Translations under genes and position numbers: made by a program | DNA from: an uncultured Haloferula sp. | Lineage (GTDB): Bacteria > Verrucomicrobiota > Verrucomicrobiia > Verrucomicrobiales > Akkermansiaceae | NCBI GenBank assembly: GCA_965652295.1 | Contig: CBFGTS010000014.1 | Location: forward strand, 1 to 64,000 | DNA length: 64,000 nt | Reading direction: 5' to 3' | Part shown: positions 53,418 to 63,773 of the stretch, one piece after another | How the letters are laid out: each line of letters opens with the position of its first letter | Position numbering within the stretch: position 1 is the first letter of the stretch | Notes under the pieces: generated by a model | What the model was told of the DNA's origin: nothing | Databases searched by the model: none | What the model saw: only the letters and a program-made list of their open reading frames with translations

Positions 53418-54518
53418 TCAGTCCAGGCAATCCACCAGCGCCGCCAGCACCAGGTCGACATTCGCCTGGGTCGCGGCGTGCCCCATGAGGCCGATCCGCC
53501 ACGCCTTGCCCGCAAAGGGACCGAGCCCGGCACCGATCTCGATGTTGTAGGTATCCAGCAGCCTCGCCCGCACCGCGGCATCGTCCGCCCCTTCAGGAAC
53601 GCGCACGCAGTTCAAGGTATGCAGCGAGTTTTCCGGGATGTACGAGAGGCCCAGTTCCTCCAGCCCGGCGCGCAGCCGGCGGTGAAGCAGGGCGTGGCGG
53701 TCCCAGCGTGCCTCCAGGCCCTCCTCCAGCACGATCGAGAGCGCCTCGTGGAGCGCGTACACCATGTTCACCGGAGCGGTGTGATGATAGGCCCGCTTTC
53801 CCTTGCCGGAGTAGTAGTCCCTCAGCAGCGAGACATCGAAATACCAGCTCTGCGGCTTCGATTTCCGGGCGTCGATCACATCGATCGCCGCCGGCGAGAA
53901 CGACACCGGCGACAAGCCCGGCGGGCACGAAAGACATTTCTGCGTGCCGGAAAAAACCGCGTCGATGTTCCACTCGTCCACCTTCACCGGATGTCCCGCC
54001 AGCGAACTCACGGCATCGACCACCAGCATGATGCCCTCTTCATGGACGATCTTGGAAATGCCCTCCAGCGGCTGGTGCGCGCCGGTCGAAGTCTCCGCGT
54101 GGACGATCGCCAGCGCCTTCGCCTTCGGCCGCCGCTGCACCTCCTCGGCGATCATCTCGTCGCTGAAGATCTCCCCCCACTCGACCTCGAGCTTGTGAAC
54201 CACCACGCCCGCGCGCTCCATCACGTCCGCCATCCGCTCCCCGAACAGGCCGTTGACGCAGACGATCGCTTCGTCACCGGGTTCCATGAGATTGGTCACC
54301 ACGCACTCCATCCCCGCCATGCCGGTCCCTGACACGGGAAAGGTCAGCTTGTTTTCCGTCATGAATACCTCGCGCAACTTCGCGCAGGTCTCGTCCATGA
54401 TCTCGATGTACCGCGGATCGAGGTGGCCCAGGGTCGGTGCACCCAGAGCACGAAGGACACGCTGCGACACGGTGCTCGGGCCGGGGCCCATCAGGATGCG
54501 TTCGGGAAAGGCGGTCAT
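53418..54518 (-). CDS. Alanine-glyoxylate/serine-pyruvate aminotransferase (class V PLP)
   Basis: LMGPGPS, VHAETSTG, VDAVSS, SGTQKCLSCPPGL, YHHTAP, WRIGLMG. Confidence 0.95.
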   Translation of the reverse strand: MTAFPERILMGPGPSTVSQRVLRALGAPTLGHLDPRYIEIMDETCAKLREVFMTENKLTFPVSGTGMAGMECVVTNLMEPGDEAIVCVNGLFGERMADVMERAGVVVHKLEVEWGEIFSDEMIAEEVQRRPKAKALAIVHAETSTGAHQPLEGISKIVHEEGIMLVVDAVSSLAGHPVKVDEWNIDAVFSGTQKCLSCPPGLSPVSFSPAAIDVIDARKSKPQSWYFDVSLLRDYYSGKGKRAYHHTAPVNMVYALHEALSIVLEEGLEARWDRHALLHRRLRAGLEELGLSYIPENSLHTLNCVRVPEGADDAAVRARLLDTYNIEIGAGLGPFAGKAWRIGLMGHAATQANVDLVLAALVDCLD

Positions 54519-54842
54519 GAAAGTTGCGGTTAGGAGGCTTGCGCGTCGAACTCATCGCAAAAGACGCACGCCGTCAATTCCGCGAAAATTGGCTCTCCGT
54601 CAGATTTGCTGGTGGCTACCGGGCAGATTCCAACCTCCACCCGCGGGCTCAGCGATCGACAAACGGAGCGGCGAAACGCGTTCGCCGGTAGGGCCGAGCG
54701 GCCCGCTCGGCCGACTCGTTTCGGACTCCCGGTCGCGCCCACCCTCCCGACCAGGGGAGGCAGCGTGTTGGGGTGCTAGATCGTGGATGATCGATCGCAG
54801 ATGGCAGATCAAGGATCGCGGACCGAAGGCTAACGGAGCCAC

Positions 54843-54866
54843 GGAGCGCCGATTATGAAATCGGCA
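54843..54866. repeat. REP-like palindrome of the same family as 12271-12428
   Basis: ggagcgccgattatgaaatcggca, identical over 24 bp. Confidence 0.8.
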
Positions 54867-55141
54867 CCGCCTCACCCCACAGGATCTCTGCCTCAAGGAT
54901 AAACAGCTCCTCACCTCTCCCACCCCCCTGGGGTCACCCCCTCATCCGTTCTCGCCACAAGGCTTCGATGGCTCACAGGTGCAGAAGCATTCTTCTGGAT
55001 ACCGAGGCACTGAAAAAGACCGAGACCACCGGGTCCGGAAACCTCTCATCCTCCCTTTCTCCGTGCAGCTCCGTTTCTCGGTGATGGAAAAAGGCAACTT
55101 GGACCTCGGACGCCTGCATGAGGCCTCGGCCCTCGAAGATT

Positions 55142-55438
55142 CTACATGAACCCCTCGATCCGCGGCCACACCTCATCCGCATCCCGGCACGCTCGCTCCC
55201 CGCCTTGATCCCCTGCGACGATAGTTAGTGCCCGACTCCGCGGCACCCTCGACTCACCACCGGCGGAAGACTTCCAATATCTCCCCCAGCTTCCGCCCCC
55301 CGAAGCACACCTCCACGTCAGCCGAAAATTCTCGAACCACTCCAGCACCAGCAAAAAACCGGATCTATCTTGATCCGACAATCCACGAAACTCCGCAAGA
55401 TCCTTTCTCCAGCACCAACGCGACTTCGAAGCGCGCAT
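55142..55438 (-). pseudogene. intI: Remnant of an integron integrase (N-terminus only; catalytic core absent)
   Basis: MRASKSRWCWRKDLAEFRGLSDQDRSGFLLVLEWFENFRL resembles, from recall, the N-terminal extension of verrucomicrobial IntI; divergent from attI and cassettes; no tyrosine-recombinase motifs follow. Confidence 0.5.
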
Positions 55439-55744
55439 GACTCGCGATCAAACACTTCCGATGATCCGGGTCAACCTTGAAGGTGTTCTTTAGAACGTCT
55501 TCATACCCGCCGAGGCACCCGACCGCCTCCGGGAAACTCCGCACGCCCGCAATCCGGCCCGCCGTACCGGAACCTGCCACGGTGTAGCGCAGCGGAGACG
55601 GGCTCCCGCGCAGTGATATCACCGCCGGCTGGCCACCCGGAAAGGCCCTCCCCGAACGGGCTGGATATCCGCACCCTCCGCGCAGAAAACCCTTGTTACT
55701 CAAAGGTTTTCCGCCAAATTCCCCTGAAAGGCTCTGGCGGATAT

Positions 55745-55780
55745 CACCTCCGGAGACACTACGAATAAAAACTGTTCGCG
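55745..55780 (+). other. Putative integron attI site
   Basis: ctacgaataaaaact-gttcgcg; core gttcgcg (55774-55780) is the exact reverse complement of cgcgaac opening attC1. Confidence 0.65.
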
Positions 55781-55795
55781 GAAGAAATTAAGACC

Positions 55796-56371
55796 ATGCC
55801 AGGAATCCCATTCCCAGCCTTCTGCACTAACCCAGCTTGCGGAACATTTTTCTTTGCTGACCGGGTAGTCGGCGTTCCAGACGGTTCGCAGGCAAGAATC
55901 AATGTGACTAATTTTGGCGTTGGTCCCTGCCCGAAGTGTGGCGATTTTGGGGCGGTTCCAGACGGAGTATATTCGCTCGTCGATGCGACCATCCGCGATC
56001 CGCACGAAGCGGAGCGGGTCCGTCGTTTCCTCGCGGTGATGGAGCGCCATATTCGATTCCCAACATCGCTACCGGAATTGATGAATGATCTTTCCGCTGA
56101 GGGGATCAAGCCGAGCGTTTGGCGACCTAAGAATGTAACCGAAGCAGTGGCTTTGATAGGTGCGGTCTTCATGCTACTTAGTTTTGCTTACGGCATTTAC
56201 AAGGATCACCGGGCCGATCCTCCTCCTCAGCGAGCGAGCGGCGAGATGAAGGAGGTGATTGAGATGATTCTCGACAGGACCATCCCGCCCATAACCCAAC
56301 AAGCCCCATCACCCACATCATCGCCGACACCACAAGATCCTCCGACACAGCCAGCCCAGCCAAAAGAATGA
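55796..56371 (+). CDS. Integron cassette 1: hypothetical protein with CxxxxC/CxxC zinc-ribbon-like N-terminus and one TM segment
   Basis: 191-aa ORF bounded by attI and attC1; CTNPAC...CPKC. Confidence 0.7.
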   Translation: MPGIPFPAFCTNPACGTFFFADRVVGVPDGSQARINVTNFGVGPCPKCGDFGAVPDGVYSLVDATIRDPHEAERVRRFLAVMERHIRFPTSLPELMNDLSAEGIKPSVWRPKNVTEAVALIGAVFMLLSFAYGIYKDHRADPPPQRASGEMKEVIEMILDRTIPPITQQAPSPTSSPTPQDPPTQPAQPKE

Positions 56372-56372
56372 A

Positions 56373-56498
56373 CGCGAACAAGACGTGGGTGAGCAACGGC
56401 GCTGGCCGCTTCTTCTCGGAGTCGTTGGGACGTTTCACGCTTCCCTCCCTTCGTCGGCGTGCGGCTCCCGCGCCGTGCCACCACATTTAACGTTCGAC
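56373..56498 (+). other. attC site 1
   Basis: cgcgaac...gtgggtgagcaacggcgc / gcgccgtgccaccac...gttcgac; 126-bp imperfect palindrome right after the stop codon. Confidence 0.8.
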
Positions 56499-56507
56499 CA
56501 AAACTAC

Positions 56508-56981
56508 ATGACTAAACGGAAAGAAATTTTACCCACCTGGATCAGGTTCTCCGCTTGGATATTTCTAATATTCGCGATCACCCCATTGGTCTTTCTGCTA
56601 GGGCTCACTGGAAAGATGAACGTGAGCATGACAGTTTTCGGCCTCGAGTATTCAGGATACACATCTCTTCACCCCGTTGCGATTTGGATTACGATTATTC
56701 TTTCGATGGCAGCGACCGTATCTTACGGCATTTTATGGGGTAAGGATTGGGCGGTCGATTCGGCCATCGTCTATACCATCCTAGCTCTCGCGACAAATTG
56801 CTTTGCGGTGGTATTTCGACTCACGGGAAACGAGATATATATCCCACTTGAGCCGCTGTTTCTGATTCCATTTTTAGTGTCGCTGATCCGTCGCCGAGAC
56901 AGATGGAAGCGCTATCCAGAAATCGAAGCGAAAAAGTCAGATGGCGAACAAGATAAGATGAGAAGGCAGGGAGGGCCATGA
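56508..56981 (+). CDS. Integron cassette 2: membrane hypothetical protein
   Basis: ATG 10 bp after attC1; four hydrophobic segments; lower GC; attC left end ggcgaac at 56943-56949. Confidence 0.75.
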   Translation: MTKRKEILPTWIRFSAWIFLIFAITPLVFLLGLTGKMNVSMTVFGLEYSGYTSLHPVAIWITIILSMAATVSYGILWGKDWAVDSAIVYTILALATNCFAVVFRLTGNEIYIPLEPLFLIPFLVSLIRRRDRWKRYPEIEAKKSDGEQDKMRRQGGP

Positions 56982-57011
56982 GTGGCCCCATGGTGTATTC
57001 TACCCGTTGCC

Positions 57012-57905
57012 ATGAGAACGAACTCATCTACGACAACCATAGGAATCGACCTCGGCGACAGGAAGCACTCGCTTTGCGTGCTCGCGGGTGATGGAAAATC
57101 CTGACGGAGACCACCATCGCCAACACGCGGGAAGCAATGTCTCGCTTCTCGAAGGAATGCCCTGGCGCTTTGGTCGTGATGGAAATGGGAATGCAAAGTC
57201 CTTGGATCAGCCGCTTTTTCACGGATCTTGGTCATCGTGTGCTGGTAGCCAATCCCCGCAAGGTCCGCGCGATCTACCAAAACGATCGGAAGTGCGATCG
57301 CAAGGATGCGGCGATGCTCGCCAAGCTGGCCCGGGCCGACGAAACCCTGCTGGCTCCGATCGAGCACGGTACCGAGCAAGCACAGCTCGACCTCCTTCAG
57401 GTCAAGCTACGGGACAATCTGGTGCGCCAGCGGGTCGATGTGATTTGATCTCGCCGCCCCACGGCTCGCCCCCTGCGGGGCACGTCGCTTCGCTCCTGTC
57501 CATCCCGCTCCGCGGTATTCCGCGGTGCGCTTCACCCTCAAGAGCCTGGGTATCCGCCTGGGCTCGCCGAATACGAACGGCTTCGCCCGCCACGCACGGC
57601 GCGAGCTTACGGAAGGAAACGCCGGGATTCTCGGCGTTGATTGAGCCGTCGCTGATGGTCATTGAGGCCATGACGGCTCAGATCAAGAAGCTCGACGGCG
57701 CGATCGCCGAACTCGCCGCAGAGTCTTACCCCGAGACGGGTTTCTTACCCAGATCGCTGGCATCGGCCCGATTACCTCGCTGACATTCATCCTGACCATC
57801 GGTGACCCGGAGCGCTTTCGACGACCGCGAGACATTGGAGCTTATCTCGGACTGGTGCCCAAGTGCCCAAGCGCGACCAGTCCGGCGACACCGACAAGCA
57901 GATGA
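57012..57905 (+). mobile_element. IS110-family transposase pseudogene inserted at attC2
   Basis: TIGIDLGDRKHSLCVL, VVMEMG..SPWISR, ANPRKVRAI...KCDRKDA, GAYLGLVP.RDQSG; multiple frameshifts; 3' truncated. Confidence 0.85.
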
Positions 57906-58155
57906 GCGAGCAGTCGCCCTTGGTGACCGAGCGCAGTAGAGCCAGGAGGAAGCCGGCGGCGCTGAATTTGTGGGAATACCTGAGGATGAGGCCTGATTTT
58001 CTTGCGATGGCGTCGAGATCTGAGAGGCTCAGGGAGAAGTTGGCACCGAACATGCCGATTTTGCCGGAGCCCCCTGCAGGGCAAGCTTTTTCTCAACCAT
58101 TCCACCATTCACAATGCTGACTATCAGTGACTTGCGTCGCTAGGTTTACGCAAAT
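57906..58155 (-). mobile_element. Fragment of an IS4-like element (transposase N-terminus)
   Basis: LDAIARKSGLILRYSHKFSAAGFLLALLRSV resembles IS4-family N-termini; abuts the truncated IS110 and a truncated attC. Confidence 0.5.
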
Positions 58156-58257
58156 GACCCCTGACCCGCTTCGAGTTGGAGTACTCATGGCGCTCCCTCC
58201 TTTCCACCACTGCGATCACCGCACCCGATCAGGGGTGGCTGCGCTCTGACATTAGTG
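58156..58257 (+). other. Left-truncated, degenerate attC site
   Basis: cccctgacccgcttcgagttgga...tcagggg...ctgacattagtg; shares ctgacccgct.cgagt.gga with the attC at 58948-59073. Confidence 0.55.
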
Positions 58258-58264
58258 CAAGCAA

Positions 58265-58978
58265 ATGGACGCGATTACTTCAGTTTCTCAACTACTCGGA
58301 TTTGCCTCTGGCAGCTACTTCGCAGAGTCACGCGGACGCTGGGTATTTCGTGGCCATTCAGACCGTCACTATACCCTGGTCCCCTCAGTAGGGAGAGGCT
58401 CCCACTGTTCACGAACACGAGTGGAACACGAGCGCAGCCTATTCGATATTTTCTGTAGAGAAGCACGCGGATACATCGGTGGATTTCCCGAGAATCCTTG
58501 GGAACAGCTTTCAGTCGCCCAGCACCATGGGCTGCCGACACGGCTGCTTGATTGGACACACAATCCTTTGGCTGCGCTCTACTTTGCGATTGAGTCCAAC
58601 TCGGATAGGGATGGCGAGTTCTTCGCGCTCCATGCGCCCCGGAATGCCTCGCTGACCAAGAGTGAGAGGGACCCATTCGAGATTCGTCAATCTGTGAAGT
58701 ATTATCCGAATCTTGTCTCTCCTCGAATCAAGGCTCAGGAAGGCCTATTCGTGGTTTGCTCACAGCCCGAATCTCCATTGGACGGAGTCCTTCGTTCCGA
58801 CTGGAGGCTTGAGCGCTACATTGTTCCGGCCGAAGCGAAAGAGCGCCTTCGGTATGATCTGTTTCGGGTCGGTATTCACGCTTCATCGCTGTTCCCCGAT
58901 GTTGATGGTTTAGCTTCGCGTCTGAAGTGGCAGCATACAGTAACAAGCCCTAGCAAGTCGCAGCACCCAACCGCCTGA
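58265..58978 (+). CDS. Integron cassette: FRG domain protein
   Basis: WVFRGHS, AQHHGLPTRLLDWTHNPLAALYFA, PRIKAQEGLF, SLFPDVDGLA. Confidence 0.9.
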   Translation: MDAITSVSQLLGFASGSYFAESRGRWVFRGHSDRHYTLVPSVGRGSHCSRTRVEHERSLFDIFCREARGYIGGFPENPWEQLSVAQHHGLPTRLLDWTHNPLAALYFAIESNSDRDGEFFALHAPRNASLTKSERDPFEIRQSVKYYPNLVSPRIKAQEGLFVVCSQPESPLDGVLRSDWRLERYIVPAEAKERLRYDLFRVGIHASSLFPDVDGLASRLKWQHTVTSPSKSQHPTA

Positions 58979-59073
58979 CCCGCTCCGAGTCGGATTTTCA
59001 CCGTGATTTCAAACCTCACCCCACAGTCAACGCGCGGCTGCCGTCAGGCGGTTGGTGTGCTATGACGTTAGCG
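58948..59073 (+). other. attC site of the FRG cassette
   Basis: ccctagc...gcacccaaccgcctgac / gtcaggcggttggtgtgc...gttagcg; 126 bp. Confidence 0.8.
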
Positions 59074-59153
59074 GAAGAATTTATGCACTCAGCGCCGCCA
59101 TCGCCGAACGATCCGGAGGACACAGAAGATGCCTTTCTATCCATGACCGGCAT

Positions 59154-59379
59154 GCCCCGCTCCCAGGAGTGATGCGGAGTGGCGAAGTAGAACGGCACGT
59201 CGGTGATCTCCTCGACGGTCAGGTAGTCGTGGAACTCGCTGCCGTTGTCCGCGGTGATCGTCTTGTAGCTGCCGAGATGGCGAGCCATCAGCTTCAGGAT
59301 GGAGCGGGTGGTCTCCGCCATCGTCACCGCGCGGATCTTGCCCATCTCCAAATAACCGCTCCGGCGTTCCACGAGGGTC
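59154..59379 (-). mobile_element. Internal fragment of an IS30-family transposase
   Basis: TLVERRSGY...KTITADNGSEF...FYFATPHHSWERG. Confidence 0.85.
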
Positions 59380-59829
59380 GGGAAGACGTCGTTTATCGTT
59401 GTCGCCCAGAAACCCTGCGAGAATATCCACCACTTCCAGAGTGTGAAAATAGCCCAACACAGTAAAGACCTTTTGTCGCTCTGTTAAGTAATGGTTATAG
59501 GCAGGTCCGTTTTCAAGTCCTTCTTCTTTGAGCCTTGAAACATAATCCCGGAAGAAGCCCGGGAATTCAGGTCGTTCGGCAAGGGCTGTCTCAAGCGCGG
59601 GGACTACTTGGGTCTCCATGGCTTTGGAAAACGTCGGGAGTCGGTATTTCCTGTAAAGCATGGCAAGTTCAGGCATGGCTTCCTCGGCCGGCATTTGGCG
59701 GAGTTCATGAATACGCTCCAAAACCGAGGTCTCCCATGCTTGCAACTCTGCCGGGTTGTCAGGAAGACGGGCTGATATTTTTGTCGAAATCGTGACGATT
59801 CCGACCAGCAAAACTATGAAACATTTCAT
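59380..59829 (-). pseudogene. Truncated paralog of the 59860-60669 protein
   Basis: Collinear (LKEEGLENGPAYNHYLTER, AGFLGDNDKRRLP) up to the junction with the IS30 fragment at 59379/59380. Confidence 0.8.
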
Positions 59830-59859
59830 GGATTACAGCGGCACCTCCGCCACCGCCCC

Positions 59860-60669
59860 TCATGAAGCCAGCCGGGCCTTCCATCTCCAGAAAGCGAATC
59901 CCAGCACTAGCGCCAGCAACGCTCCCACCACTGGAATCCACGGAGTTTCCTCCGGCGCATTCCCTTGATCGACAACGGGTTGTTCGGGCCGCTCGTCCAC
60001 CGACCGACGTGGTTCCCTCGGTGTCGCCAACACTTCTCCTCGGAAATCGTAGCGCTTCTTCGAGCCTTTGAAAGAATACGCCTGCTTGCCTTCGCGCACT
60101 CGATCCCGCCATTCGAGCCAGAGATCCATGCGCATCGAGCTCGGCACTGGAGGATTTTCCAACATGCCCGCCAGCGCGCTGGCAGAAGCTTGACCCAATG
60201 TTCCCTCAAACTCAGGCAGACGCCGTTCGTCGTTGTCATCCAGAAAGCCTGCGAACATCTCAACCACTTCGGGAGTATGGATTTGGGAGAGTGCCGAGAA
60301 GGCCATCCTCCTTTCGGTGAGGTAGTGGTTGTAGGCTGGCCCGCTCTCAAGGCCTTGCTCCTTTAAGTCGAGAATATAAGATTCAACGTGACTGGGGAAA
60401 TCCGGGTGCTCCTTCAAGGCTTCCTCCGCCGCTGTTTTTACAATAGGTTGGCTTTTCTCGCGATTTGTTGGGAGATTCATCTGAAAGACGTAACGCATCA
60501 ACTTGTGAAGCGTCTCCTTAGTTGGAGACCTTCGTTGACGCTCGATCGATTCCAAGATGCCCTTCTCCCAATTCGCGTATTCTTCCGGGTCAGACGGCAG
60601 GTGTCCGAATGCGTGGGAAGCAAGGAAGATGATCCAACATACCATCCATTGCACATGACTTGTTTTCAT
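59860..60669 (-). CDS. Exported protein with C-terminal membrane anchor (candidate immunity protein)
   Basis: Signal peptide; C-terminal PWIPVVGALLALVLGFAFWRWK; ATGA overlap with the upstream gene. Confidence 0.75.
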   Translation of the reverse strand: MKTSHVQWMVCWIIFLASHAFGHLPSDPEEYANWEKGILESIERQRRSPTKETLHKLMRYVFQMNLPTNREKSQPIVKTAAEEALKEHPDFPSHVESYILDLKEQGLESGPAYNHYLTERRMAFSALSQIHTPEVVEMFAGFLDDNDERRLPEFEGTLGQASASALAGMLENPPVPSSMRMDLWLEWRDRVREGKQAYSFKGSKKRYDFRGEVLATPREPRRSVDERPEQPVVDQGNAPEETPWIPVVGALLALVLGFAFWRWKARLAS

Positions 60670-63611
60670 TCCACTGGCGGCTTCAGATTTACTTCCAACC
60701 ATGCATCAATCTTATCCCATTCCCCCTTCACCAACAGCCGCTTTCTCAATAGACCGGTGTGAAACGGATTCGAATACATCAATCGATCGGGGTGATGGGT
60801 ACCTGCCAAGGGTGCAGGTCCTTCGCCATTATTCGGGTGTCCTCCCCCCATCATGACGTGCCCGATTTCGTGCGCCAACGTGTTGAGAATACCGCTTTTG
60901 CTCCTCCCCGTATTGCCGGGGAGCCAGACGGTTTGCGAAGCCGGATGAGCAAGACCCACATACCCTCCGAAACCATGGAACTCGCTGTTGAAATCCCGCC
61001 AGACGGTGATTTGTTCCGCGCCACCCACGAAATAAACGTTGATGTCCGCAGTGGCGTCCACTCCCGCAGAGGTAAGGATCTTGCTTTGTTCGGCTCCAAT
61101 GTCGCTACCATTCGAATCCAATGAACTATTCCCTGAGGCAGGTCCTGATCCGGGCTCTTGTAGAAAATCCTCTCCCGTTCCGTAGTCCCAATACACCGGG
61201 GTCGGCTGGACATCACCGGAGGTTTCGACGTCCCAATAGGCGTTGACCTGTTTGCCGTAGATGTCGTCGAGGAATTCCTCGATTTCGGCTTTGGTGAAGG
61301 CGTGTTCAGGATTCACCCGGCCGTCCACGCCGTTGTTCTGCGCGACGTGCCAGAAGTGGAGTTTCACCTCACGCCGCTTCATGACCTTCACTCCGATCGG
61401 ATGGGAAACGCTGTCGGCATCTTCGAAACCGAGATCCACATCCACCTCGGACGAGGACGTCGCAGCCGAGGACCAACTTACGGGAGTAGTCCCGAGATCA
61501 AGGGTAGCAGGAGTAATGGCGACGTTCCCGGCGCTCAAGGTCAGGGCCCGGTCGGGCGTCACGGGAGCGTGGACGACCGAGGCATTCGCCTCCGAACCTC
61601 CTCCGGGAACCATCACCCAGATTTTGCCCCCTTGTCGTTCGTCCTCCTTCAATGCGGTCGCCGAGACAGGATCGACTCCGGTGGCAAATTCGTCGTCCTC
61701 CACCCGAACGGGAACGGCGCTGAGCAATCGGGTGAAATCCGCCGGAGCCTCGTGGGAGGAGAGACCCGCGACAAGGGAACCCGAACCGGCCATTCCCAAA
61801 AGGCGGGCCTGCTTCCATTCCCCGTCCAATCCGGGAGCGATCTCGGGGAGGTAATACAGCCGCCCATTCCGCCAGACCAATCCCTCGCGCATGACGCCGG
61901 TTCCGTCCTTGGACAGATCGATGAGATCTTTCATTTTCGAGATCGGAGACCAATCCGACGAAGACTTCCTGGCTCTCGGAGTCACCTTTTCACCGAGGAG
62001 CACCAAGCCTCCATTACCGTTTTCTCCACCCACTTCAACCATCTTCCGAAATTCATTCTTACCCAGCGAGATCGCCGCGCCTCCCGCTCCGGTAAGGAAG
62101 CCTTCCTCGTTCTGCCAGTCGTACCCCCAGAGAGCCCCGGACTCGTGGGCAAACACCGCATACGGCGGGGCCGGGGTATAGACAGGTTCGGACCCTTCCG
62201 GTTCAAGATCCCAAACCACCCGCTGGTCCTGCTGCCAGCTCACTCCGGAACCCGAGCCACTGGAGACCCCCTTGTAGTTTTGAACCACGATTTTCCCGTC
62301 GTTCGAAAGGGTCGAACCAAACCTCAAAAAACCGTGTGCCATGTCATACGGTGCACGGGCCGCATCGTTGCCTGATCTCATTTCGGAGGCACCGTCGCCG
62401 GGTTTCTTCCACCAAACGAGGCGTCTGCTCTCCCGGCTTTCATTGAGATCATCGTCGAAGGTCTGACTCCCCACGACCCAGCCCTGATCATTCATGGCGT
62501 AGAGCAGGGCATCTTCGCCATAGTCCACGATCTCGCCGCGATCCCAAACCTTGCGGCTGAACATCACCCTGCCCACATCGTCCACCCCCGCCGGGCCCTC
62601 CGGCCATAAGCCTGGTGTGGTGAGAGAGGAGATCGGCAACTCAAACACCGCATACACCGAGTGGGGAGTCTTTTTCCAATTGATGAGCGAGTCGTTTGCA
62701 ACCGCGTCTTCACTATCCGGCACCGAGTCTCCATCCGAGTCGAGCTGCTGTCCATCCGGTACACCATCGCCGTCGTTGTCACTTTGAAAGGGAGAGGCCA
62801 AACCCGAGTCCGGGTGCTCGGGATCCAACATCACGGCAAATTCGGCCCAATCGGGACTGCCATCGGAATCGGAGTCGAGACTCCAATCCGCCGAAATCCG
62901 CACGAACCCCCTGCCATCCGGCGAGGCGGGAGCCGGGGGAGGTGCCGCACGAGCAACGGCCACGGAATTGGCGACGGCCGCGTTCATTTCGGGCAGGCGG
63001 GCCCGGAACTCATTCACCATCGCGGCATCCTCTTCGGCAAGCGGAGACTCTTCCTGCGGAGGGATCTGCGGCGTGGGAAGATGGAGGACGAAAAAGTAGT
63101 AGTCGCCGTAGGGGTGGGCGAACCATGGCATCTCCGACCAGTCCTGATGCAGGGATTCAGGAATCCGGAACACCACCGATCCACCTGAATCGAGCGAACG
63201 CCAGGAAAGGATGGTGCCCGTTTCCGGAGAGGCCGCCGGGGCGACCATCAGGCTGACGTGGTGCAAGGGCATCTCCACCGCTTCACCCCCGGGCGCTTCC
63301 GGGTCCGGTGCCGGGGCCGGCTCCCTTTCCACCAATGGCACGACGTGTTCGTGCCCCAGGCCGTAGACTTCGTCGATCTCCTCCCAATCCTGCAGATCCC
63401 GGCTGAACTCGACCCGATAACCCACACCAGCCGTCGATCGAAATACCCAGGAAGTCTGCACCGATCCATCAAGCGCGGGCACATCCTCCATCCAACGGGG
63501 CGGCAGCGGGTCATCTTCGTGGGGCGCTACCGAAGAGAAGGCCAGCGACACCATGCTTGTAGCCAAGAACACCTTGGAAAAGGTCATCCAGCACTCAGTC
63601 ATGAGTGCCAT
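60666..63611 (-). CDS. Large secreted protein with TSP3-like repeats and C-terminal zincin metallopeptidase
   Basis: DSDSDGSPD, DNDGDGVPD, DSDGDSVPD; AHEIGHVMMGGGH...RLMY. Confidence 0.8.
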   Translation of the reverse strand: MALMTECWMTFSKVFLATSMVSLAFSSVAPHEDDPLPPRWMEDVPALDGSVQTSWVFRSTAGVGYRVEFSRDLQDWEEIDEVYGLGHEHVVPLVEREPAPAPDPEAPGGEAVEMPLHHVSLMVAPAASPETGTILSWRSLDSGGSVVFRIPESLHQDWSEMPWFAHPYGDYYFFVLHLPTPQIPPQEESPLAEEDAAMVNEFRARLPEMNAAVANSVAVARAAPPPAPASPDGRGFVRISADWSLDSDSDGSPDWAEFAVMLDPEHPDSGLASPFQSDNDGDGVPDGQQLDSDGDSVPDSEDAVANDSLINWKKTPHSVYAVFELPISSLTTPGLWPEGPAGVDDVGRVMFSRKVWDRGEIVDYGEDALLYAMNDQGWVVGSQTFDDDLNESRESRRLVWWKKPGDGASEMRSGNDAARAPYDMAHGFLRFGSTLSNDGKIVVQNYKGVSSGSGSGVSWQQDQRVVWDLEPEGSEPVYTPAPPYAVFAHESGALWGYDWQNEEGFLTGAGGAAISLGKNEFRKMVEVGGENGNGGLVLLGEKVTPRARKSSSDWSPISKMKDLIDLSKDGTGVMREGLVWRNGRLYYLPEIAPGLDGEWKQARLLGMAGSGSLVAGLSSHEAPADFTRLLSAVPVRVEDDEFATGVDPVSATALKEDERQGGKIWVMVPGGGSEANASVVHAPVTPDRALTLSAGNVAITPATLDLGTTPVSWSSAATSSSEVDVDLGFEDADSVSHPIGVKVMKRREVKLHFWHVAQNNGVDGRVNPEHAFTKAEIEEFLDDIYGKQVNAYWDVETSGDVQPTPVYWDYGTGEDFLQEPGSGPASGNSSLDSNGSDIGAEQSKILTSAGVDATADINVYFVGGAEQITVWRDFNSEFHGFGGYVGLAHPASQTVWLPGNTGRSKSGILNTLAHEIGHVMMGGGHPNNGEGPAPLAGTHHPDRLMYSNPFHTGLLRKRLLVKGEWDKIDAWLEVNLKPPVE

Positions 63612-63773
63612 TCAGTGCTCCGCCACACATAAGGCAAGTCAAAATGACTACGCTATGCGCTGCGAGGGTTTCAAGCTACTGAAATACCAGCCCGGAAAGG
63701 CCGTCCACTCACATCTCCCGGTTCACGTCCGAAAGATCCGGACAATCTATTTATCCATCAGGTAAAAGCAATT

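Noticed and set aside
59137..59379. C-terminus of the 230-aa ORF 59137-59829
   Set aside because: Out-of-frame read-through into the IS30 fragment
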